Shown in pieces: positions 38,621 to 50,201 of a stretch of DNA of 64,000 bases. Numbering within the stretch: position 1 is the stretch's first letter; the number at the start of each line of letters is the position of its first letter. Under the pieces are notes generated by a model, which saw only the letters and a program-made list of their open reading frames with translations, was not told the origin of the DNA and ran no database searches. The position numbers were made by a program, and so were the translations under genes. The stretch is from Azolla caroliniana (taxonomy: Eukaryota; Plantae; Polypodiophyta): NCBI GenBank assembly GCA_043228905.1, contig JBHGNT010000006.1:1364001-1428000 (forward strand), given 5' to 3'.

Positions 38621-41600
38621 AGTTTGGAGGCCGTACCACACTTTCCTTTGTGCTAATTCCCGTAACGCCGTATTGATGGCCTCCTTTTTGCTTGCTTCCT
38701 CCTGCATTTTCCTTCTCTTCCTTTGTTCGGCCATGTTCCGCTACCTCTGCATCGAGCTTATCTTGAAGTGCTTTGACCACCTTGTTTCCTTTGGTCCTGA
38801 TATCTGCTTCTCTATCAGATGCTTGGCAGAGCTATGATCTGAGGCGGTCAATCTCTGTTTCGGCTAGCTTCGTAGCCCTTTTTGCCTTTGTTGTGAGTGC
38901 TGCTTGGGCCTCCACCTCTTCCCTTAGCATCTGAACTTCCGTGTCGTGTGGCACAGGGGCCTAGGGAGGTTGCGCACTAGCCACATTGTACTCTAGGTGT
39001 GCGATGGGCTCCTGCGCCTTGTTCAATTGTTCTTGGGTCATTTTTACTGTTTTCCAAACATTTTTATTTTTGATTGCCATATCTTTGGCACCCAGGCTCA
39101 CTTTTGCTAACTCCCGATGAACCTCCACTAAGGCAACATTCAAGGGAGGCAATTCAATTCCAACCCACCAGACTCCTGCATTACGTTTCCGGCCCACTTT
39201 CGCTAGTGGACCCTCATCTTCACTCTTCGCCGTTGGTGTTAGTGCACGTTCAATCATCTATTGTTCGACGTGCTCCTCGGCCATTCGCTGGGACACCTTG
39301 ATTTGTTGTGTCGCCAAGAATTCCATGAGTTCATATGTCGTCTCGAATTGTAACAACGCGCCGAACTAATGGGTTGTATCCGGAATGTCTGGATAGTGTA
39401 ACACTTCACTTTCTGCTGTAAGCACGCCATTTCCATATTGCAATTGTGCCGTTATGACTGGATGCGGCTCATGGATGAGTTCTAATGTGTTCGTGGGTTC
39501 CGTGGGGGCGGAATTTTCGATCGGTGCGGCTTTATCCTTTACTAGTCCGCGACCATTCTTCCGATCTAGCCTTCGACGCTTAGGCTTGGGGCTACCGCGG
39601 TTCGACTCTCGTTCCTTCTATCCGTTTGTGTTTTGCGCTTCCCCGGAATCGACACAATTGTCCTGCCGCATTGCTTGTCGCGGTGCTTCTTCAATGGTGG
39701 AAAGGTTCAGGTCTTCCTCCCATTCCGTCGTTGCAAGATCCGCCAATCTCCGTTTCGCAGACTATGGTGAAGGCGTAGGTCTGCTCGTGTCTGGGGCGGG
39801 GAGACCTCGAGGTGGGAATAGTATAGTTAAGTTCTGTTGTATTATCAGGTGCAACTTCTTCTCGGCTTGAAATGCGTGCAAGCCCTCTCGTAGCGCCGGT
39901 CCCGTGATTACCCCCAGTTCACGACGCATCCCTTGAATGTGTCGATGACGATGCGTGCCTTCTGCTTTGGCATCTCGTAGGTGTTGATGTGGACACAACT
40001 GATTTCTACCACGAACTTCGCTACCTCCCCGGAAAAAAATATTCGGGATATCCTTCATCCTGTACGCCTTGGTGAAGGTTGAGTACTCTCTGAAATATTT
40101 CTCCCAGTCCTCTGTAGGGGGAATCTCGAAGTGTTTTTCTCTTGTCGCCGTCAAACCCAGCTTCTTTCTGATGGCGATTTCGTGTGCATTGGGCTGCGGT
40201 GGCGCCTCTACTACCTGGATGTAACCTTCGAAGCCTTTTTCCTGAAGCCATCGACGCAGTGCTGAGGAGATAGGGATTGGCGTACTAGCGTGGCAAGGAT
40301 CATGTGAGGAGTGATTAGGGGTTAGGGCACGCGAGTGTTGCGGACCGTACTGCCTATGATAGGCTGGGGAGCGAGGAGCACGAGGAGAGCAGAGAGCTTG
40401 AGAATGTTTTCTGTAATGTGTAGAAAACCGTCTGTTCTCCTCTTTTTGTGTCTTAGGGTTCATGGTCCTGTGCATTCAATGTGCCGACGCATGTTCTTTT
40501 CGTAGGAAACAGTGCATGCATGAAGGCCTTTTAATAGTCGTGACTATCTTCTCTTTTTCTTTTTCTGTTTTTCTAACGCTGAAGTGCAATATTACTATTA
40601 CATTCTTACAAGTGGGTCCTAACTACTAGTTGGTGTGGAACCCAGCTGCCGTAAAACGGATTCAGGGGCGTAGGTCCCAAATACGGCTTCAATTGGAACC
40701 CGTTCACCTTTTGCCGTAGTATTCCGCCTCCAAGGGTGCCTAATTGAAAGGTTCCATTTTCCGCTCCTATTATCCAATATGGCCCTGTCTAACGGAATCG
40801 TAGTTTCCCCAACATTTGGCCCATACGGGTTTGGAAGACTAGCATGACTTTCCCAATTTTGAAGTGTTTGTCACTCGTGCCTCGATGCCAATCTACGAAC
40901 GCTTTACGCCTTCGCTAGTAATGCTCTAGTATTGCCATACCGCGGACTCAAGTTTCGCGTAATTCAAGTAATTGTTGCAATCGGATTTGCTCAGACCATC
41001 CCTCCAACAATCTTTCACGTACTTGAATCCGCAAGCTAGGGATCTGAAATTCAATGGGCATTATGGCTTCCAGCCTGAATGCTAGTCGGAAGGGAGTGGA
41101 TTGTATGTTGGTTTTATCGCTTGTTCTGTAAGCCCACAAGGTGCTATGTAGCTTTGTATCCCAGTTCATTCTATTCTCATTAACGATCTTTTTCAGGATG
41201 GTTTGCAATGTCTTGTTCATTGATTCCGCTAATCCATTTGCCTGAGGGTAATATGATGTACTCTTCTTATGTACTACGGCGTAATGGTTTGTAGCTCGTG
41301 GATAACCGTATTCAAAAAATGGCTCCTTTGATCACTTATGAGTTCTATTGGGCAACCAAAACAGCACCAAGTCTGTTCATAGAGGAACTTCCCTGTAGAT
41401 GTCGCGGTATTATCTCGTAACACTTTCACTTCTACCCACTTTGTGCAATAATCCGTGGCGACTAGAATGTATTTATTCCATGTTCGTGCTATTGTCGAAG
41501 TAAATGGGACGACAAAATCGAGACCCCATTTTTGGAAAGGGTCAAGCAGAAGCACCGGCTGGTGAGGCATCCGTGCGAGCTCCGTAGGTTGGCCCAGGCG

Positions 41601-43081
41601 TTGGCAGAGGTCGCACTCTCTACAATATTTATACGCGTCTTGTCGGGCCGTATCAACGCCTATGAAATGGTCTCTTGCTGTTCCGCAGTGAGCTTCGCGT
41701 AACACTGCCTCCTTCTCATCCTGCCGTATACCCCGCCTCCAAATACCATCGCTTCCTTTATGATAAAGCACTCCTTTCACTAAGCAGAACTTGCGACACC
41801 GTACTGCCAGTCTTTTCTTTTCGTCCGTCCGTAGATGTGGTGGTGGCAGTCTCGTTGTCAAGAAATAGGTCATCTCCATCAACCATCGATCCGGAAAAAT
41901 TTTCTCGTCCAGTGATGGTGTAGTCGCAACCCGCAGAATATCTGCGTCGGGGAAATCATCACTCTATTTGATTGCGTCGTTGCCGTTATCTATTCTGCTT
42001 AGAAAATCGGTTCCGACGTGTTGCATGCTTGGCCGATGTTGGCTCGTGAAGTCAAATTCTTGGTGTAGCAGCACCCACCTAACCAATTTCCTCGTTAATT
42101 CGTGCTTCTCGACTAAGTAGAGTAGCGCCGCGTGGTCCACATTAAATGTGAATTTCCGCCCTAGTAAGTAATGTCGGAATTTGTTTATGATGTAGATCAT
42201 GCCCAAGGCTTCACGCTCAGTCGTTGAATAATTCCGCTCTGCATCTGATAATTTACGATTGGAGTAGTAGACCGACTAGTACCAATTGGGCTCGGTAAGC
42301 TGCATTAGCGCGCTACCGATTGCAATTTCTGAGGCATCCACAAACACGTGGAATGATCTAGTCCAATCTAGGGGTTGTACGACGAGCGCTTGGGTCAACA
42401 TTATTTTAAGAAGCTCGTATGCCGTGTCTTCTATTGTTGTCCATTTGAACGGAGTACAATGTATTGCGGCGTGTAGGGGAGTCACGAAATCCGCCAAGTA
42501 TCGTAACATATGGTTGTGCCCGCGTATTTGCCCGGGGAAGCGACTACGGGCTTTTGCGTTACTAGGAGTTTTTGCTTTAATGATTGCCCGAATTTTGTTG
42601 GGATCTACCGCTATCCCCTCCTTACTCACTATGTGACCGAGAAGTGCTACATTGGTGACCCGAAATGCGCATTTAGCCAGATTAAGGCTGAGGCATGAGG
42701 TACGTCATCGTTCCAAACAGAGCCATAAATGGCCCAAATGTTTGCCACGCATCCTGTACACCGCGAAGTCCTCGAGGAAACTTGCATAAAAGCAGATATA
42801 TATTCACCGAAAATATCCGTAATCTTTTGTTGGAAGGTGGCAGGGGTCGTCTTCAACCCAAACATCATTACTATAGTGACGAACACTCCCCAGTCCGTGA
42901 CGAACGCAATCTTCTCTTGATCATCCGGGTGCATGCGTACTTGATTGTATCTCCTAAAGCCATCCAAGAAACTATATATATCATGGCCCGCGACCGCGTC
43001 TAGTACGCTATCTATAAACGGTAAGGGAAACGCATCCATAATCGAAACGGGCATTTAGTTTCCGATAATCAACACACACGT
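38620..43081 (-). mobile_element. Degenerate non-chromovirus Ty3/gypsy internal region: RT-RH-IN at ~43080-40700, plus a decayed extra 3' ORF region
   Basis: Fragments DAFPLPFID, YSFLDGF, FVDASEIAIG, KFRHYLLGRKF, KWGLDFV, ATDYCTKWVE, LWAYRT; many frameshifts. Confidence 0.85.
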
Positions 43082-43557
43082 TGTCGTGGAGAAAACCGCC
43101 CCTAGGAGGAATCAGGGAAATATGCACAAGAATTGGCCCTTACGTGTGGGCACGCTATGTAATTACTTGTATATACTTTGGAGCAATTCAGTTTATGTGA
43201 AGATACTAGGTAGTACACATTTATTGTTTAGGAAATCGTAGTGTATCTTTGTCCGAGGTGACAGGGAATAAAGATGATGTAACCAGGGTATAACGGTCTG
43301 TCCCTGGAGGCCTATAAAAGGTAGGGGAGAAGGCTGAGAGGGAATCAGTTTTGTCGAGGACTAAGTGCTATCGGACTGGAACCAAGCTCTTCTCCTCTAT
43401 CTTTCATTGTTTTCTGTAGGGTTTGGGAGGCTGCCTCTGCTTCTGGAAAGCCTGAGTGCTTCCGGTAGAGGTTGCATCTCTTGTTGTTGTGTGCTTTGTG
43501 TGCATTGTGTGAGTTGGTGTCAACGAGTTGGCGCTTGTTGGCTAGCCGGTTGTAATC

Positions 43558-43597
<40 letters not shown>

Positions 43598-43638
43598 TCG
43601 CCTCACGTGTTGTTCGACCTTGTTGTGAGTTCTCTATG
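43082..43638 (+). repeat. Probable truncated LTR
   Basis: Begins TGTCG and abruptly interrupts the gypsy RT; contains CCTATAAAAG and a (TA)n run; right end not seen. Confidence 0.5.
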
Positions 43639-44877
43639 CAAGGTTGTTAGGTACGATACGGATACCATAAGTATTTAACATATCAATACCCGTATAGTAC
43701 CTCCCAATTTAAAAATACGTTAAATATGTTTTCTTAATATGTTAAATACTTATAAAATACGTAAAATATGTATTTAACATATCAATACCCGTATAGTACC
43801 TCCCAATTTAAAAATACGTTAAATATGTTAACACGTTCGCGTTCACAAGTGGAAGGATTGCGCATTCCACTTGTAGAATCTTCTTAAAACGAAGCAAATA
43901 CACCCTCTCTACAAAAATTGGATGCACTAGTATCACATGTTCCTCAACTTGATGAGAATTTGCAAATATAAAAATACATGATAGATCTACGAGTGGAGAT
44001 CATTAGAAATCATGCAAGTTTAGACATGTTGATAAGTTAATGTAGGCATAATAAAGTTCAACTATGGCTCAATATGGCACTATTGTGCGACAAGGGAAAC
44101 ACTAACTTAAAGACTTATATTAATTAGGTAGGTTTTACAAAAATATGAGGTGTACTTGTATCCATATTAATTAAATGAGATATAATTTATACTTTGACCC
44201 ATACGTGCATGTATGTAATTGTGGAAAATGTAGGATAGTGCACATTAGGATAAGTGATTGGAATAACTAACTTATTAAAGTATTCAATACTTGTATTAAA
44301 AGTTGATCTAATCTATTCCTCAGTTTGTTCATATGGGATCAAACCATATGTGTATATAATTGTGCACAATGTAAGGCAGTGAACTTTAGGATAATGTCGT
44401 GGAAATAACAAACCTATTAGGCTTTCATACCTGTATTTAAAATTGATCTACTCTATTGCTTAGGTGATTCACACAAGATCAAACTCCGAACGATAACGCA
44501 ACTGGAACCATTATCAACACACTACACAATCTAAGCAACAATGGAATAGAAACATAATAGTTTTAACAATATAAGACAAAGATCCATAATAACAACATGG
44601 ACAATCATGGCAACAATTATAGGGCCATGTTCTGTTAAGGTTAGCTTGGACCAAAATCAACCTCCATTTAAACTAGTTCATGTTTCTCCATAAGTTTGGT
44701 AGTCAACTATGCACGCGGTGAAACCAATATCATAAATCTACTAATCAAGTATATAAAAATAAAATTGAAACATATAGAAGATTATAAAGAATAGAATCCA
44801 CTAGGTAAAACCCAAAATTTGTATTAATAATGTGAAATCTTAACAAATCGTCAGTGTCATATTCTTTATAGAGTCTA

Positions 44878-47800
44878 TTACATAGCAATCAATTCATCAA
44901 CGTCATTTTCTTCATCATCTTGTGTAGAACTGTCTTCGGCTATACGTGCATTGGTTTCCCCTGTTAGCCGAGCCAACGAAATATCTTCTATAAGCTCATC
45001 ATCAAGCTCTATTAGCTCCCCCGGTTCGCCGGCTAACGGAGGAATAGGCTCTCGCGAAGCAGGTTGAAACCTTTCTGTATTGGCGAGGTTCTTTGCACCG
45101 ACCTCCTCATCCTGGTCTGGGCACTCCCACAAAGCCTTAATCCGCATATTAATAAATATAACTTGGTCCTCGTCCTTCTCCAATGCAATTGTATTTCTAA
45201 ACAGCTTCAATGCACATGCTGACGTAGTTCCTATGATGTAAGTAACAAGAAGATTTAGTTGTCAAACGAAAAAAAAGTGATTGGTTATCTCAAGATCGTT
45301 ACCCTAGTTCGAGGAATACCTGTGCCAGAAAAGAGATCTAATATCCAGTCTCCTTCGACAGAAAACATCTCGATCAAGCGCATCATAAGTCGTTGAGGTT
45401 TTTGGTATGGGTTGACAAGTCCTCGTTCTGTCGTGGTGACATGTCGCAATTTCCGAGTCACTGCTGGATATACCAACAGATTTGAACCTCCCACTTCATT
45501 AGAATGCTCTTTGATTCTCTGTTTTTTAATTTCATCGAAGTAGCCAACCGTTATGTATTCAATGGCATTAACAAACCGAAAAGTTGGCCCTCTATTTACA
45601 TTGGTCTTGATCCTATAAAAAATAATTCATCGAGTTAAGAATAGATTCAACAACCTTAAGAATTGCAATATAATGAAAGACACCTATAAATAATCCTTAC
45701 CATGCAAGGTTCTCGATGCCATGGCAACGAGATCTCAAAGCTTGAGCTACCGAGTACCCTTGGTCCATACTATGAAAGACAACTATTCGCCACAAGGATG
45801 CGGTCGTTAGCTCAGCGAAATCCTTGACCATCTTCTCCAATTGTTTAAACCTAAACGGTTCATCGTCGTATGATGACCCAGCCATTCGAAATCCGTAAGG
45901 AATATCCGCAATCATTAGCGTATATTCCTTCTTTGGCACCTTCTGGATCAAGTCGATGACATCACCGCAAACCACATTGTAGTAAAGATCTCTCGTAATA
46001 TCTTTTTTGTGGCTAAATTTTTTAAACGAGCCATCTTCCTCCATTTCGTACGCCTTGACTAAGCGACGATCCTTTTCTTTTCTGGCTCGCTCGAGATGTG
46101 CAAGGAAGGATGTAGGGAAATCGTGTATATCCTTAACTTCTCCTTGTTTCTTGCCTCGACACGGTTTCTAATATAAGCAATAGGACATCAGGTATTATTA
46201 TACAAGCTCTACATATGATGAAAGGGTAATGAAAAAACATGAATACTAACCCAATCCTTGAATGCAATAAAATACTCTGATAACGCCTTATACGAAGACG
46301 TTAGAGGATAATCCTCGGTCACTTGTTCCCAACTTATACATCCAAGTTGTTTCATCATAACTTCTTGGATCTTCATGTACACCTTATGACTGTAAAATTA
46401 GAAATCAAGATTAGAACTTTGAATTACACCAGATAGACTACAATTTCAGTATTTGAAAGACTTACTTATTGAACTCAGTGACCATTTCTTCAAGGCTTAA
46501 ATCTTTCGCCACAACCCTTGACAAAACCGACACAAGAAGCTGCTCGTCCTTAATACCTTGCATCGCTCTCCACAGAGACAGCTTCATGTCGTCTGCCGCT
46601 TCTTCAATTGTCAAGTCAATTTTCTTGGCGGCTTGTGACTTTAATTCTAGTTGAGGGTCAACCCTACATTTCTTTTGTCGTTGACCCTTTACCTCCTTAT
46701 TCTCCCACATTGAGAAGATTTGATCTTGGAGGTCCCATACTTCTCCATCTCTAAACGCCAATTGAAACCAAGACTCATACTTTCGAAGACCATCGGACCT
46801 AACATTATCATCTACCACAATGCCGACTTCATGCAGACATTGACGTCGAAGGCCTAGATGTAACTTCACACCAAACTTTTGTTTCACATCTAAATACTCG
46901 TGGTGGAAGAACCGTATACGCTCAATAGACGACATTTTCTGCCTATAGTCATTATCATTATTATGGTCCCATGCCAACAGCTTAGCCTCTTCGGTTGTGA
47001 GCCCAACATAAATTTTGCACTCGGCATACTTGAAGAAGAAAGTGGTTGGATGTTCTCTCACAAGTTGCCGACGTGCCTCTGCTGAATGCGATCCACCAAT
47101 GACAAAATAATTATATTGATCATGCTTTCTAATATCAAAATCTTCAATGGTTTCACATTCTTCAGGATCTACCATAACAATAAAAGGCACCACAGTGGCA
47201 TGAGGATTAATTTTCATTTTTTTCTTGAGATTTTGAACATGCATGCGGTGAGGCTCTCTAATCTCAAGTGGTCTTCGACCTGTTTTTTCATCAATAGGGG
47301 GCCGATGGATGTGTGTTATAGGCAAATTAAATACTTGCCCTTTCCTGACCAGCTTCCGTTGCATTAACTCTCTCCTTATTTTATTCTGCTCGGATGACAA
47401 AACACCCGAGGCCAGCTCGGCTCCTGGCGTCCCCTTATTATCCTCTTCTTCATTTTCACTTGTTGAATCCGTATCCGACATTTTCGTTGTCTTCTTCTTG
47501 GCTGGTCTTGACTGGACTTTGGATACCTTTTTTGTGGCCTTCAAGGGGGAGGGCTCTTCATCTCTTAGAGTTACATGGCCTTGTATATAAGGCCTCAAGG
47601 TAACAATCAGGTTTTGTGAGTTATCAAGTGCTTTTTTGAACACTTCAGGCCCACAAGATTCCTTTACTAAAAGGTCTTCTGAAAGGAACACTTTACGTAC
47701 ACCCTTGGAGCACTCTATCATTACCAGTATGTTGGCCGAATCTGCATCTTCGTAGTCAAATCGTAGAATACGGCCATACATAAATGGGGTTTCTTTTCCA

Positions 47801-49403
47801 AGCTGCCCCTCACCCTTCTTCTTTGTTGTATACAATACGACTTTTTTCTTTGAGTCGACATATTGCATACACCATTCCTTGTCCGTTAGATCTCGGTCAG
47901 GAAGGTCTTCGCCTCCAGTAGCGGCGACAAGTTTCTTTTGGCTAACATCACTATGTGGCTGAGATTTTGTCTCTTCGTTAAAAAGAAGCTTTTTTCCTCT
48001 CTTCATGGTCTCAGGAGCTACCTTGGTCTGGGCTTCGATTGGAGAACCTTGTATGCGAAGCTTAATTTTCTTCACGGGTCGGTCCGACAGGTTCTCAAAC
48101 GACCTATTTAAGAAAGTATATGCAAAAACATAAGTTAGACAGTCACGTAGATTGAAGTTGTATATTATAATGAAGAACAGTTTCCAGGAGCAGTAACATA
48201 TTCAAAAATCTATTATAGGCAGGGCTATTCAACCTAGAAAATATATATCGTAATAAGTAAAACGGGTTATATATTCTTTTAAATAGTAGGTATGACTTAT
48301 ATAGATTCTAAACCTATATTGAGGGGAATTTGCCATAGTAAAGGAAATTTGTAGATCATTTTCTACTATTTTAAGCTAAAGTAGGTCATAAAACACCTAT
48401 AATTAGAGCATGTATTTCTTTAAAAGTAAGTAAAGTCAACATAAAAAAGACTGATTTTGCCAGACAATTTGATATCATTTCCACCCCATAAACGATTTCT
48501 CTCTCTCAAAGCCTTCTTATATACAGGGACTCGATACGCCGTATCGAGTTCGTGTTTAAAACCTACACTTTAAACACGAACTCGATACGCCGTATCGAGT
48601 TTGTGTTTAAAACCTACACTTTAAACACGAACTCGATACGTCGTATTGAGTTTGTGTTTAAAGTTTGAATTTTAAAAAGGAACTCGATACGCCGTATCGA
48701 GTTCCTATTTATAGTGTAGGTTTTAAACAGGAACTCGATACGGCGTATCGAGTTCGTGTTTAAAACCTATACTATAAACAGGGACTCGATACGCCGTATC
48801 GAGTTTGTGTTTAAAGTGTAGGTTTTAAACACGAACTCGATACGCCGTATCGAGTTCCTGTTTAAAACCTACACTATAAATAGGAACTCGATACGGCGTA
48901 TCGAGTTCCTTTTTAAAATTCAAACTTTAAACACGAACTCGATACGGCGTATCGAGATTCTTTTTGAAACCTACACTTTAAACACGAACTCGATACGGCG
49001 TATCGAGTTCGTGTTTAAAACCTACACTTTAAACACGAACTCGATACGGCGTAACGAGTTCGTGTTTAAAACCTACACTTTAAACACGAACTCGATACGG
49101 CGTATCGAGTTCGTGTTTAAAACCTACACTTTAAACACGAACTCGATACGGCGTATCGAGTTCATGTATACAATACAAATATTTATACACGAACTCGATA
49201 CGGCGTATCGAGTTCGTGTTTAAAACCTACACTTTAAACAGGAACTCGATACGGCGTATCGAGTTCATGTATACAATACAAATATTTATACACGAACTCG
49301 ATACGCCATATCGAGTTCTTGAGAAATGAAACATATTTACAAAAATGTCCACAATGTCAGAGGCCTACCTGGAGTCCTCGCGCTTGATTCTCTTTGAAGA
49401 CAT
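44878..49403 (-). CDS. ParB/Srx-like domain + beta-class N6-adenine/N4-cytosine DNA methyltransferase fusion, ~974 aa; exons 49403-49369, 48103-46466, 46389-46251, 46167-45701, 45612-45320, 45230-44878
   Basis: Six exons join in frame via GT-AG (2925 nt, no internal stop). MTase: VVCGDVIDLI, LMIADIPYG (motif IV), WIKTN...NAIEYI, NPYQKPQRLMMRLIEMFSVEGDWILDLFSGTGTTSACALKLFRNTIALEKD (motifs X, I, II). ParB-like: IREP..HVQNLKKKM..PFIVMV..YFVIGGSHSAEARRQL..GLTTEEAKLLAWDHN. Confidence 0.85.
48527..49318. repeat. Array of 16 palindromes GAACTCGATACG(C/G)CGTATCGAGTTC at ~51-bp period in intron 1 of the MTase gene
   Basis: Counted directly; the 26-27 bp AT-rich linkers (mostly GTGTTTAAAACCTACACTTTAAACAC) occur in both orientations. 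Confidence 0.95.
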
Positions 49404-50201
49404 GGTTGATCGTGTTGAAGTGGAGGCGGAGATCGCGCTTTCGTGCTTTGTGCTCTGAGTGCTTTGTGTGCTCTGTGTGCTCTCTACGTTCTGTGTGCTC
49501 TGTACGCTCTGGTGAGTGAAATATGACGAGGTCTTCCTATTTATAGGGATTGAACACATTGGTTAAAGTAACCATAGTCACCTTAACCAATGTTGGTAAC
49601 TTTGAGGATAGTTAGTTGGTAACCATAGTCACATTAACTAGAGTAACTTATGATTGTATTAGTGATTACAAAGTCAAACTAACATATTGATCAATCTTTT
49701 ATAGTCATAACAACCTACAATGACTTCAAAGGTTATGAAGGAGACAATGATAGAGGTTCATGAATGTACCAATGATTGATTACTAAAAGCAACAATTTTT
49801 ATGACTCTCAAATGTTATGTATTAAAGATGTGGGCATGAATTAACCAATGATTGATAAGTCTAATATTTAAAATGGTGAGCATTAAAGAACCAATGCGTG
49901 AGACGTTCTATATCAAAATGGGTGCCATTAATTAGCCAATGATTTTAACATTAATCCAACATATATTCAAGGCTTGTTAATGATTAGTTTTATATTTTAC
50001 TTGATTTAACATCATTTAGATCTAGTTTATATAATGATTGATAATTTAAGTAAAATTACTTTATTAAAAATAATTTTTAGATGTATTGTATTAATAGAAT
50101 ATTACATAATATAGACATTCTATTGATTTGGCTTTTGTTTAGGGAGAAGTTTATGTTTAGGGAGGAGTATAACTTAGAGAGCCCTATCTAGACCTTAAGC
50201 C
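49404..50201. promoter_or_regulatory. Putative bidirectional promoter between the divergent MTase and transposase genes
   Basis: TATAAATAGG on the minus strand at ~49536-49545; repeated CCAATG boxes and GTAACCATAGTCAC repeats. Confidence 0.45.

Noticed and set aside
48527-49318. CRISPR array
   Set aside because: The linkers are repeated near-identical sequences rather than unique spacers, there are no cas genes, and the context is a eukaryotic intron
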